Part shown: positions 49,001 through 62,000 of the stretch, piece after piece
Numbering within the stretch: the stretch's first letter is position 1
How the letters are laid out: every line of letters begins with the position of its first letter
DNA from: Selaginella moellendorffii
Taxonomy: Eukaryota > Plantae > Lycopodiophyta
Direction of reading: 5' to 3'
NCBI RefSeq assembly: GCF_000143415.4
Contig: NW_003314310.1
Coordinates: forward strand, 285,904-349,903
DNA: 64,000 bases
Position numbers and translations under genes: made by a program
The notes under the pieces: generated by a model
Told to the model about the DNA's origin: nothing
What the model saw: the letters and a program-made list of their open reading frames with translations, nothing else
Databases searched by the model: none

Positions 49001-52000
49001 GTTCCCAAAGACGATTCTAGGTAGCTTAGTACCTAGAAAGGCCAAGTGTAAATGGTTCGTAGAACGCGCGAAATCAGAGTGGCGCAGCAGAAGCGTGGTC
49101 TTGAAGCTTGCCATGAGGCAAGGCTATCAAGGTTAGGGAAGTAGTTCCCGAGTGTTCAAAGAGAGGGCTTTGAACGAAAGTCGATGGTCAAGGACTTTCA
49201 CGCTTGTGCAAGAACCATGTTACAGTGGTCAGAGGACTTGCCAAGCGAGATTGGCAAGTCAGGGGAACAAATACCCTAGTTGAAGGTGATAATTTCAAAA
49301 AGGGTGGGCCATGGGGCCAAGCGTGGAGGAGTCCATGCATGATCACAGACTTATCAAGTGAGAGGACTTGGCAGTGTGGAGGAACTAGGTTCCTAAGCTG
49401 TGATCTATAGCGCGCTTTGAGTATAAGTTGGTGCACCAGCGTGGGGAGTCACGCCAGGCATCCTAGGTGATGCTGTCCGTAGATGCATATACGGAGGTTG
49501 GGTTCGAGTCCCGACCCTCTAGTGCTTGGGTTCGAGTCCCAAATCACTAGGGCGTGGTGATGGTTTGGAATATGAGGACACTCATATTTCGGTGGTCATG
49601 GACTCTCAAAAAGGAGATTGGCTTGGGCACACCGCCAAGCGGGGGATGCCCCAAAGTCGTGATGCACGGTTAGATTGCTTAGTGTGGCTCAGCATATCTA
49701 ACTTGAACACTTTGGTGCCAGTGGCACCAAGGACGTGGTGAATGAGATGGGGACACCTAGTCTCAGTTGCTATGGACCCTTGGCCGGAAGGGCTGGCTTG
49801 GGCGCACCGCCAAGTGTGGGGGATGCCCCCGGGGTCGTAGTTAACAAGTTAAAAGTCTGGAAGACCTAATACCTATTGGCAAACCTATTAAGGTGCCGAG
49901 GTGAGATCACTAGGTGATGTTGTGGCTAAATAAGGACAAGGTCCTTGTTTGGGTTAAGGAATAAGGTTCCTAGTTCAAAGTGTTGATTTGAACTATTGAT
50001 GATGGTGTGGCTTGGTCAAGGTGACCAAGTGGGAAAAGCACCTTAGAGAAATGAGCTATGTCATTGCGATGGCATAGTGTGTCCAAGGAAAGTAGTCTCT
50101 AAAGAGACCCATGGGAGGGTCACAAAGTTGGGCCGTGGATAGAGCCCACAACAGAAGATGTTAAAGAGACTTATTAGGGGTGAACACCCTAGTCTTGGCA
50201 AAGCAGAGCCTTTGCTATGGAATCAAAAGAATACCTCAAGGAGGGAGGTAGAGATTTGATGTTGCTTGGTGCAACAATCAACGGATAGGAGCAAAAGATG
50301 AGTGGCCAAGATAGGGCCGTGGAATCCCTTGGAAGGAATCCAAGTGACAAAGTTAGGCGAGGAACACTAATGTGTTGGACGCTAACAAATTACGGGAAAG
50401 GAAGTGTGTTTCCAAAGATAGATTCCGAATTGCTCCGATTTGGCGAAAGTGGAAGCTCCAAGGGAGGGAGCGGTAAGGTAGCCAAATGATAGGGCCATGG
50501 ACAGCCCTAGCACAAAGTATGATAAATGGAACTTAGTGCCCAAGGTGGCACGAAATAGAAGAGAGGATGATGGTGCCCTCAAGTAATGAACTTTCTATGA
50601 TGGGGAAGTGGAGTTGCACAATCTGTGCAATGCAAGGTGTTGGAGACACCTAGGAAATTGACTTCCAAAAGTCAAAAGAGTAAAAGTTCCAAGGTGCAAA
50701 CGTTCCATAGATGGAAATTGAGACTACTCGAGAAGGAGTAGTGGGATTGACTTAGAGAAGGGTCTCTAAGAGGTTTAGCGAGAACTAAACCAATAAAAGG
50801 AAAGAACCACTACATGTGGTCCAATTAGTCTCTAAGTTGGAGAGACTACCCTCCTTAGAGGATAGGCAAGGCATGGTGAGCCTTTGGTGTCAAACCATTG
50901 AGGAATATGTAAAAGGCATGGTGAGCCTTCAATGTCAAACCATTGACGAATATGGAGAAGGCATGGTGAGCCTTCAATGTCAAACCATTGACAAATATTG
51001 GCTAGGTGCCAAGGATGGAAATGGTAATGCATGCGGGTGTTACTTTATAAAATGGTTTACCGTTCGATGAGGACATCGAACTTCGTCTATGGGTGGTGGA
51101 GTTGTGAGACACAAAATCCCTAAGCCCCAAAGTGGAGCTGGAAGGGCGCCATGTGGTAGTGGCCGAAGCGAAAGCCAAACAAGCGTAACACGTTTGGACT
51201 AAAAGCTCCGACTTGAAAGGTCGAGAGCGGGAGTGGAACTCCCAACAAAGTGCTCGAGGAATGAGCACGAAGCGAGCCATAAGCGAGGCTCTAAAAAGGG
51301 ACCCGAAAGGACCAACACATGACACGTGGAAGAGTCCGAGATGGACCCGAAATGGAGTCCGATATGGAGTCCGAGAAATGGAGTCCGATATGGAGTCCGA
51401 GATGGAGTCCGAGATAAACCCGAAATGGAGTCGATATGGAGTCCGATATGGAGTCCGAGATGGAGTCCGAGATGGAGTCCGATATGGAGTCCGATATGGA
51501 GTCCGAGATGGAGTCCAAGATGGAGTTCGATATGGAGTCCGAGATGGAGTCCGAGATGGAGTCCAAGATGAACCGAGATGGAGTCCGAGATGGACCCGAG
51601 ATGGAGTCCGAGATGGACTCGAGATGGAGTCCGAGATGGACCCGAGGTGGAGTCCGAGATAGACCCGGGGTGGAGTCCGAGATGGACCCGGGGTGGAGTC
51701 CGAGATGGACCCGAGGTGGAACCGAGACCGGGACCGGGACCGAGACCGAGATCGAGACCGAGACTGAGACCGAGTCCAAGTCCGAATCCGGGACCGAGAC
51801 CGAGTCCGAGTTCAAGTCTGAGTCCGAGTCCGAGTCCGAATACTAATATAGGCAGTTGGGTGAAAGCCCAAAGCGATCGTCCCCCGGGGGGGGGGGGGGG
51901 GGGGGCCTCCCGGGGGTTCCAAAAGTATAGTAGGGAGAGTGTGGGGCTTGGAGCCTAGTGGAGCAAGTTTGGCCAGGAAAGGCCAGTTTGGCCCAGGAAG

Positions 52001-55000
52001 GCCAGACCCAGTGTTGGGTGATGAGCTGACCACTAGGAAGTCCAAGACTAGAGTGAACACGGACCGACAAGCGGGGTAGCTTGGTGAAGTGTTCAAGAGC
52101 CGGCTCTAGTTCCCCCAGGAGATCGACTGGCCGATGCTCCCAGTCCAAGTGTGGGTGGCACTACCTACTTGGATACCAGGCGTGGCTCAACGGAACCTCA
52201 CTCTAAGCCCATGGCTAGAGCACCCAAGGGCGGAAGGCGGGGAGAGTACCCAGGTGGCTCGCGTAAGGCCACGGTGTTCCGAAATGTTGTCCTAAAGGCC
52301 CAGACTGTGGAAAGGAAGAGGAGCAATCCTCTGGGGTAGTGACCAAGGACACAGTCGTGTGGTGAGGAAGTCCCAGAGGACCGTGGGACTTAGTGGTCGG
52401 GCCTGTGGGCCTCGATCCAGTGGCAATGTTGGCAAACACGGCCAGGGGCAGAAAGGGACTTAGTGGAGACTCATAGAGGGATATTGGGGAAGGCTATTTC
52501 CCTTGTCGGTGGGCCTCCTAAGGATGCTAAGGAGTGGATCTGAAATGACCACTCACGGATGGATTGCCTAGTCTTGGAGAGCCAAGACTGTGATGCAAGT
52601 GGTATTGGACTACCAATGTGGCAAAGGTGATTGGGCATGGCCTTAGCGTAACAGGTTGCTATGTTGGTGGTACCTTTGAGTGTCGGTCATGGGATCGGAC
52701 ACGTGGAGCACTTGGACCAAGTGCAAAGGTTGAGTGGCGGGGATGCCATTCTCAGGGCTAGCAAGCCCAAGTCTGAAATAGGACTTATGGAGGTTGTGAG
52801 TTAGATTCCTCCAAGTGGTTGGAGGTGTGGTTAAGTGACTAAAGTAGAATGGAAAATTTAGTCGCTTACACTTCTCCCCCATAAGCGTATATTTAACTTT
52901 CTTATCCCAATAAGAAGTCTTAGGTAGTTACCTTCTACTAGTTTAACCAATTATTTCACACCTTTTGCTTAGCTGCTTCATAGTTGTCAAATCCTACAAC
53001 TCATTGCTAGTGCTTCCACACCTCCATCATTGTTTGGGTCACTACACTCTAACCGCATGCCTTCCAGCTTAGGCTATGCCATTCTCATTTCCATAGGGAT
53101 TCCTTTGGAAGGGGTTCTCATAAACCTGCCAATTTCATCTTAAGGCATCATGCCTTAGCACATTCGGTGTCTCTGCACCATCGATTCCAAGAGACTACCT
53201 TAAGACACTTCTTTTTTGTGTTTAGGTCTTTGCCAAGACCAATGCAATTCTTTCTTATGCGAACTATCCATTGGCACTGCACTATATGTCAAAGTTTTTC
53301 TCTTTTGGGAACACCTTTCCCGCAACTTTTGTATGGCCCATTCTGCCATCCTTGAGATACCCACTATTCTCATACTTGGATTTTATGAGCCCCCCCCCCC
53401 CCCCCCCATCCTTCATGGAGCACAACACACCTTAGTCCTAATGCTTTTACCTATCCCTTAGGGCCATTTCTTGACTCTACTTGAGTCACCTAGCATTTTT
53501 GGACTTTGTTAATCCAATGACCCATGAGGTCTTATTTTTGAGGTGTCAGCTCCCTTGAATCCAACTTCCTTTATTCAAGTCCTACTCACAAGGACCATCT
53601 TTGCAAGTGTTACTTTGACACTTGATTTGTTCTCTTGGGGCAACCTTTTGCCCCTTAGGACCACTCGTCAATGTGATGAGAATACCAACTCATCCTCTGA
53701 GTACACCCCCAACTCCTTGGGTTGTTCCAGCATTTATTAGAGGTAGCCCTAGCTATCATTTCAAGGGCTTGTGTCCTCTTCTACATTTGACATCCCACTA
53801 TCATCAATTCTGGTCTCAAATTTATGAGCACCAGCCTTAACTATATAAGGGTAATCTTGTGACACCTTTATTATTTTGGAGTCTGCATATTTCTCATGAT
53901 CCCAACTATAGTTGTTTATCACAACTACATTAATCTGTTTGCTGCGTCAAACACTCATTTGGATCACATCCTCAGCTCTCTGAGGAAACCTTATATTGTT
54001 CCCAAAATCCTAAAATCATTCCATTATTGGCCCTTTTTTATCCACCACCTCGCCCACAAGTTCACACGTGAACTTGAGTGGAGAGCCATGTCCTCTCGAC
54101 ATGCTTCTCCTTGAGGATAGGTCCATACCTAGGACCTTCCAATTCCAATACAAGTAGTGATATACTTGGCAACTAATAAGAGTCAGACTAAGGAACAGCT
54201 CTGATACTAAGTTGTAAGCGACTAAATTTTCCATTTTAATTTAGTCACTTAGCCACACTTTCAACCACTTGGAGGAGTCTCACTTACAACCTCCATAAGT
54301 CCTATTCCGGACTTGGGCTTGCTATCCCCAAGAATGGCATCCATGCCACTCAACCTTTGCACTTGGTCCAAGTGCTCCATGTGTCCGATCCCACGATCAA
54401 CACCCCAAGGTACCACCAACATATCTGCCTGTTACGCTAGGCCATGCTCATTCACCTTGGTCATATCGGTGGTCCAACACCACTTGCATTGCAGTCCTAT
54501 CTCTCAAAGACTAGGCCATCCATCCATAAGTGATTATCTTAGATCCCCTCCTTAGCATCCTTAGGATGCCCACAGACATGGGGAATAGCCTTCCCCAACA
54601 TCTCTTTTCCGTTCCCTTTTTGTTTATGGCCGTGTTCACCAACACTACCACTGGATCGAGGCCTGTAGGCCCGATCTCTAAGTCCCACTGTCCTTTGGGA
54701 CTTCCTCACTATGTGACCGTATCCTTAGTCACTACACTAGAGGATTGCTCCTCTTCCTTTTCACCATTTGGGACTTTGGGACAACATTTCGGAACACCGT
54801 GGCCTTATGCGAGCCTCGTGGGTACTCTCCCTACCTTCTGCCTTTGGGTGCTCTAGCCATGGGCTTAGAGCGAGGTTCCGTTGAGCCATACCAGGTATCC
54901 AAGTAGGTAGTGCCACCCACACTTGGACTGGGAGCATCGGCCAATTGATCTCCCGGGGGAACTAGAGCCAACTCTTGAACACTTTACCAAGATACCCCGC

Positions 55001-55706
55001 TTGTCGGTCCGTGTTCACTCTAGTCTTGGACTTCCCAGTGGGCAGCTCCTCACCCAACACTGGGTACAGCCTTCCTGGGGCAAATTGCCCTTTCCTAGCC
55101 AAACTAGCTCCACTGCAGTCCTCCCCCTTACTATACTTTTGGAGCGTACCAAGCCCCCATAGGGTCTGGGAGACGAACGCTTTAGGCTTTCACCCTTTCA
55201 GACTCAAACTCAGACTCGGACTCGGACTCGGACTCGGACTCGGACTCGGACTCGGACTCGGACTTGGACTCAGTCTCGGCCTCGGTCTCGGTCTCGGTCC
55301 CGATCTTGGTCTTGGTCTTGGTCCCAGTCTCGGTCTCGGTCTCAGTCCCGATCTCGGGTCCTTCTCGGACTAAATCTCAGACTCCATCTTGGACTCCACC
55401 TTGGACCTCAACTCAGGTCCATCTCGGACTCCATCTCGGACTCCATCTCGGGTCCATCTCGGGTTCATCTTGGACACTTCCCCGTGTCATGTGTTGGTCC
55501 TTTTGGGTCCCTTTTTGGAGCCTCGCTTATTGCTCACTTCGTGCTCGTTCCTTGAGCACTTTGTTGGGAGTTCCACTCCCACTCTCAACCTTTCAAGTCG
55601 GAGCTTTCAGTCCAAACGTGTTACGTTCGTTTAGCTTTCGCTTTAGCCACTACCACATGGCACCTTTTCGGCTCCACTTTGGGGCCTAGGGATTTTGTGT
55701 CTCACA
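41984..55706 (-). mobile_element. Non-coding LARD-like LTR element A1 (host of nested A2)
   Basis: LTRs 41984-43667 and 54213-55706; perfect TSD CAAAC; PPT after 43667; iMet-type PBS before 54213; no intact gag/pol. Confidence 0.92.
45408..52870 (+). mobile_element. Non-coding LARD-like LTR element A2, nested antisense inside A1
   Basis: LTRs 45408-47166 and 51103-52870; perfect TSD CTTCT; PBS TGGTATCGGAGC 47170-47181; PPT 51091-51102. Confidence 0.95.
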
Positions 55707-56188
55707 CAAACTACACTGTCAAGATTCGTTCTAGGTTCTTGTTTGCAATTCCAGCAGAATCTCTAGTTGTTCAAGCACCACTCACCAAACTTCCTCTTAA
55801 ACCAATTGACTTTCATTTTCAACCCATCAGAATGAGTTCTAGAAAACTCTAGCCAAACTGGGTGATATTGCATTCCCTGCCCAAAGTAGAGTCCAATAAG
55901 CAAACCAGCCATTAGAATTGCTTAATAGTAAACAATGTTGCAAGATCACCTTTAAAGGTCAATTGAGATAGTCAAGTCTCAACCCTAGGGCTTGGCAATC
56001 TCCCCACTAAGGGTGAAGCATTCTTTCATGGTTACCCAAGAACATGTTCTCTGGTATATCCAAATGTTCACAAAATCTGTTTGCTTTATTTTGGCTGGGA
56101 AATAAACAATTTTTAAAAAAAGAAAAACACAAAAAACATGTAATTGTTTTTGATCTTGTGGTTTTATTGGGCCAAAAAAACAAAATGT

Positions 56189-56344
56189 TACTCTCAGCAA
56201 CAAATATCTTGGCTCTCACAACAATGAAGAATGTAGTGAAATGTGATACATGATATAAATTGTGAAATTCTGTGAATCATCAAAGTTTTGAATGCAACTT
56301 GTACCCAAGGTTCATCCCAAGGGCATGCTTGGCTAAGAGTCCAC
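56189..56344 (+). pseudogene. 5.8S rRNA pseudogene
   Basis: actctcagcaacaaatatcttggctctcacaacaatgaagaatgtagtgaaatgtgatac... is 5.8S with extensive C>T and G>A decay. Confidence 0.9.
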
Positions 56345-56482
56345 AACCATTGCTGCCTCATGCACACTTTGTGAGTGTGGGGTGAATATGGCCATCCATG
56401 GAGTTGGCTTGATTGCATATGGATGGTGTGGCCCCCAACTTGTTTGTGTGGGATCGATGGCATGCACCCCAACTCATGTGCA

Positions 56483-58079
56483 CGACCTCAGGTTAGGCAA
56501 GACTACCTACTGAGTTTAAGCATATCACGAAGCAGAGGAAAAGAAATTAACAAGGATTTCCCTAGTAGCAGCGTAGAAATGAAAAGAGCCCAACTTGGAA
56601 ATTAGGGTATCTTTACACCCCAAATTGTAGTCTAGAGAAGGGTCCTCTACAGTAGACTAGGTTTAAGTAACTTGGAATGGGATGCTAGAGAGGGTGAAAG
56701 CCCTATTTAGCCTAGACCTTGTTGCATCACAAGGCTCTTTTGGTGAGTTGGGCTGTTTGAGAATGTAGCCTTAAGTGTAGCACATCTTATTTCTCTCCCC
56801 TTAAGCCAACTGGAAAAGGGGCAATTGCTTGATGAGAGAGCCCTTAGTGGTTATTTTATCCCCATTTATCCCCCAAGATTCCAAGGATCTATGGTGACAG
56901 TATATCCAAATCTCATCCCATGATCACATGTACTACACTCACCCCCCTTTCAAAGATGTCAATGTCCTCATTGACTATTGACTAACAACCTTTATTGAGC
57001 CAAGGGGAACCAGCACCTCTATTTCCACACTAAATCTACCAATCCTTCCATTGTGTAGACCATTAATTATTGACTAACAACCCTTATTGAGCTAAGGGGA
57101 ACCAGCACCTCCATTTCCGCACTAAATTTACCAATCCTTCTATTGTGTAGACCAACTATTCCATGTGAGGCAACTAGTCATCCACCCGTACCGCAGTCCC
57201 ATGGTGGATACCTTCATCTGTGGATACTCCACACAAGAGGAAGAACGTACGCATGGATGCCCAATACATCCGATTGCAAATTTAGGGGTAGGAATATACC
57301 TTGCTCAAGGGTATATTATATTTTTAAGTAGCCACTAATTAATAGGAATCGAACCCATGCCATTTGCTCTGATACCAACTGTAGCACACCTTATCTCTCT
57401 CCCCTTAAGCCAACTAGAAAAGGGGCAATTGCTTGATGAGAGAGCTCTTAGTGGCTATTTTATCCCCATTTATCCCCCAAGGTTCTAAGGATCCACGGTG
57501 ACAGTATATCTAAATTTTATCCCATGATCACATGCGCTACATTAAGTGTGTGATAAACTCCATTCAAGGCTAAAAAGTGCTTGAAATTGCTGGGAGGGAA
57601 GCGAATAGATGCCTTGTGCACCACTTGGTTGTGTGTAGCACAATGAGAGCTAGTCTGCCAAGCAATGCAAGGGGCTGTCCAACATGGGAGGATGAGGTAG
57701 GATAATAGCTTGTGAGCCTCTGACTCCCTACCAATGCTGCTGCTGCCTCGGAAAATGGTGGGGTGCTCTGGTGCCTTGTCAAATGCTGGAACTTGGGCAT
57801 TCCATCCGACCTATCTTGAAACATGGATCAAGGAGTCTAACATGTATATGAGTTTGTGGGTGTTAAACCTATATAAGCAAAAGGAAACTAATTCGTGGGA
57901 TCCCCTTCTAGGGCGCACCATGGATTGACCTTGATTTTTTGAGAAGGGTTTGAGTGTTAGCATATCTATTGGGACCCAAAAGATGGTGAACTATGCCTGA
58001 GTAGAGTGTAGCCAGAGGAAACTTTGGTGGAGGCTTGTAGCGATACTAATATGTAAATCCTTCATCAGACTTAGGTATT
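56483..58079 (+). pseudogene. 5' ~1 kb of 25S/26S rRNA pseudogene, interrupted by a TRIM (56776-57541)
   Basis: gacctcagg...tgagtttaagcatatc...; gagttgggctgtttgagaatgtagcc|...taaactcc; tcttgaaacatggatcaaggagtctaacatg; gggacccaaaagatggtgaactatgcctgag...gaggaaactttggtggagg. Confidence 0.92.
56776..57541 (-). mobile_element. Complete TRIM (766 bp, 162-bp LTRs)
   Basis: LTRs 56776-56937 and 57380-57541 (TGTAG...CTACA); perfect TSD TTAAG; PBS TGGTATCAGAGC; PPT AAGGGGGGGTGAG; non-coding interior with a ~90-bp tandem duplication. Confidence 0.95.
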
Positions 58080-59081
58080 GCCTTAATTCTCTGGAAATAG
58101 TGATGTCTCAGCAAAGACACATTATTGAGAGGGGAGCCCCTCAATAGTGGGGAGAACACTCTCTCATGCTTTGGAGTCAAACTCAAACATATCTCTTGTA
58201 AGAACTCCCTTGAAACCCTAGTAATGGGGGAGAAGGGGTATATACCCCTCTCTCAAAATATCCCTCACACCCTAGAGTATTCTAATAGTGGAATATTCTA
58301 GAAAATCTAGCTCAAAGGCTATGTATATATATCCTAAGGGATCGTGCTAGACTCCATTGCATGCAAAAACCCATGACTAAATTGCTGCTGAAAGCTCCAA
58401 TGTAATACCCAATATCAGCAACTGCTGTGAGAAAGAGAACCAAAGAGAATATAAATAAAAAAAAAAAAGGAGGGAGAAGAAGTTGCAAAGTTTTAGGATC
58501 AAAGGAAAACCATATGGGGAAAACTTGATCATAGAACTGAGAACTCAACCCAAGAAAAGTGAAAGAAAGTAGAAAATGATGAAATTAAAGATAAAGGAGC
58601 AAAAATCTAAAAGGGAATAAAGCACTAACCTAGACTTTAGTCATTGAGGTCTCTAAACCTCTAGAAAGTTCCTCAAACATGGCCTAAATTTACTCCTAAA
58701 GTTCCAAGGAAAGTGGAAGAGTAATGAATATGTTACCTAGTCTGGGATATGTGGTGAAATGGAAAAATTGTAGGCATGGTGATGGATGATGAGTGGAATG
58801 GTTAATTGATTTGAATGAATTGGTAGTGGAGGGGATCTTGTAGTATATGATGATCATCAAAGTTTTTAGCAACTTTATAGTAATCATTGGAGAAGAAAAA
58901 GCTTAAAGTTAGTGGTGGCATCTACATAGATCACTACATCTTGTTGTGTCTGTGTAAGATCAGGAAATAACATTTGCCCATTTGTAGTGCCTAGCTTCTC
59001 TACAAGTAGGGCATTTTAGCTAGTCAAAATCAACTTCTAGTGTCCAATATTTGTTAAGAGAATGCTCCATTGATAGAGTTT

Positions 59082-62000
59082 TGTAGTGCATGTGATCATG
59101 GGATGAAATTTGGATATACTATTACTGTAGATCCTTAGAACCTTAAGGGATAAATAAGGATTAAATAGCCACTAAAAACTCTCATATCAAGCAATTACCC
59201 TTTTTTTATTTGGTTTAAAAGGAAAAAGATAGGGTGTACTATATATGTGTAAGCGACTAAATTTCCATTCTACTTTAGTCACTTAACCACACCTCTAACC
59301 ACTCTTCCCGTCTCCACAACCTTAGACATTTGGATAGCACCTTCTATCTATCATTCGCTAGGGACTTAGTCCCTTGGGCCCTATCTATTGCCCTCGCGAC
59401 ACTAAACACCACCTCCTGGTGTTCCAGAGTGTTTGGGTGTCCCAATGATGGTTTCCTTGACAATGAGCATTTCCTTTTATGACATTGACTCACTATATCG
59501 CAACATAAGCAATTTAGCCCTTGTAAGAGTATATCTAACTTCCTTATGCCATTAAGAAGTCTTGGGTAGCTACCTTCTACCCGTTTAACCAATTATCTTT
59601 GCACCTCTTGCTTAGTTGCCCCATAGTTGTCAAATCCTACAACTCATTGCTTGGTGCTTCCACACCTCCATCATTATCTGGGTCACCACACTCCAACTGC
59701 ATGCCTTCCAACTTAGGCTATGCTATTCCCATTTCCATTGGGATTCCTTTGGAAGGGGTTCTCATGAACCTGCCAACTTGACCTCAAGGCAGCACACTTT
59801 GGCACCTTCGGTGTCTTCACACTATCGGCTCCACGAGCCTACCTTTATGACCCTTCTTATTTGTGTCCAGGTATTTTTGCCAAGACCAATATGGTTGTCT
59901 CTTATGCCAATTATCTATTAGCACTGCACCATGGAGTTCATGCACAACTTTGTGTCAAAGTTGTATTCTTCCGAGAAACTCTTTCCCACGACTTTAGCAT
60001 GGCACCTTCTGCCATCAATGTCAAGATCCTCCCCATCTTTTGTGGGGTGCCACACACCTCAGTCCAAATGCTTTCCTCAAGCCCTTAGGATTATTCTTTG
60101 ATTCTATTGGAGTCATTCAACCTTTTGGACTTTGTCTTCTAACGACCCATGAAGTCCTACCTTTGAGGTGCCAGCTCACTGAAATACAACTTCTTGTATT
60201 CAAGTCCTACTCACAAGGACCATCTTTACAAGTGTTATTTGATACTTGATTTGTTCGTTTGGGGCAACCTTTTGCCCCTTAGGACCACTTGTGCATGTGA
60301 TGAGAATACCAACTCATCCTCTAAGTACACCCTCAACTCCTTGGGTTGTTCCAGCATTTATTAGAGGTAGCTTTGGCTACCATTTCAAGGACTTGTGTCC
60401 TCTTCCGTATTTGACCTGCCACGGTCATTAATTCTGGTCTTAAATTCATGAGCACTAGCCTCAACTATATGAGGGTAACCTTGTGACTCCATTATCATCT
60501 TGGAGTTTGCATCTTTCCCGTGATCCCAACTATAGTTGTTTACCACAACTACATTAGCCCGTTTGCCGCGTCAAACACTCATCTGGATCACATCCTCAAC
60601 TCTCTGAGGAAACCTCATACCATTCTCAAGATCCCAAAGTCGTTCCCTTATTGGCCCCTTTTCTATCCCCCATATCGTGCACAAGTTCACACACATGAAC
60701 TTGAGTAGAGAGCCATGTCCTCACGACATGCTACTCCGTGAGGATAGGTCCATATCTAGGACCTTCCAATTCCAATACAAGTGGTGATATACTTGGCCAC
60801 CAATAAGAGTCGGACTAAGGAACAGCTCCGATACCAAGTTGTAAGTGACTAAATTTCCATTCTACTTTAGTCACTTAACCACATCTCCAACCACTTGGAG
60901 GAGTCTCACTCACAACCTCCATAAGTCCTATTTCGGACTTGGGCTTGCTAGCCCCGAGAATGGCATCCCCACCACTTAACCTTTGCACTTGGTCCAAGTG
61001 CTCCACGTGTCCAGTCCCATGACCGACACCCCAAAGCACCACCAACATACTAGCCTATTACGCTAGGCCATGCCCAATCACCTTGGTCACATTGGTGGTC
61101 CAACACCACCTGCATTGCAATCCCGTCTCTCCAAGACGGGGCCATCCGTCCATGAGTGGTCATCCCAGATCCACTCCTTAGCATCCTTAAGATGCCTATA
61201 GACATGGGGAATAGCCTTCCCCCATATCCCTTTTCCGGTCCCCACCAAATCCCTTTCTGCCCTTAGCCGTGTTCGCCAACACTACCACTAGAGCAAGGCC
61301 CACAAGCCCGACCACTAAGTCCCACAGTCCTCTGGGACTTCCTCACTACCCGACTGCATCCTTGGTCACTACACCAGAGGACTACTCCTCTTCCTTTCCA
61401 CAGTCTGGGACTTCAGGGCAACATTTCGGAACACTGTGGCCTTACGCGAGCCTCGTGGGTACTCTCCCCACCTTCCACCTTTAGATGCTCTAGCCATGGG
61501 CTTAGAGCGAGGTTCCATTGAGCCACACCAGGTATCCAAGTAAGTAATGGCACCCACACTTGGACTGGGAGCATCGGGTAGTCAATCTCCCGGGGGAACT
61601 AGAGCCGGCTCTTGAACACTTCACCAAGCTACCCCGCTTGTCGGTCTGTATTCACTCTAGTCTTGGACTTCCCAGTGGTCAGTTCATCACCCAACACTGG
61701 GTCTGGCCTTCTTGGGCCAAACTGGCCTTTCCTGGCCAAACTGGCTCCACTACAGTCCTCCCCCTACTATACTTTTGGAGCTCACCAAACCCCCCAGGGT
61801 CTGGGAGATGAACACTTTGGGCTTTCACCCTCTCAGACTCGAACTCAGACTCGGACTCGGACTCGGACTCGGACTCAGACTTGGACTCGGACTCGGACTC
61901 GGACTCGGACTCGGCCTCGGACTCGGTCTCAGTCCCGATCTCGGTCTCGGTCTCGGTCTTGGTCTCAGTCTCAGTCTCGGTCCTGGTCTCGGTCTGGACC

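Noticed and set aside
47167-51102. Intact gag/pol in the LARD interior
   Set aside because: Only short ORFs without RT, RH or INT motifs; at most heavily eroded pol traces.
58120-58290. Possible small solo LTR or hairpin
   Set aside because: Ends are degenerate, and there is no TSD or second copy in the window.
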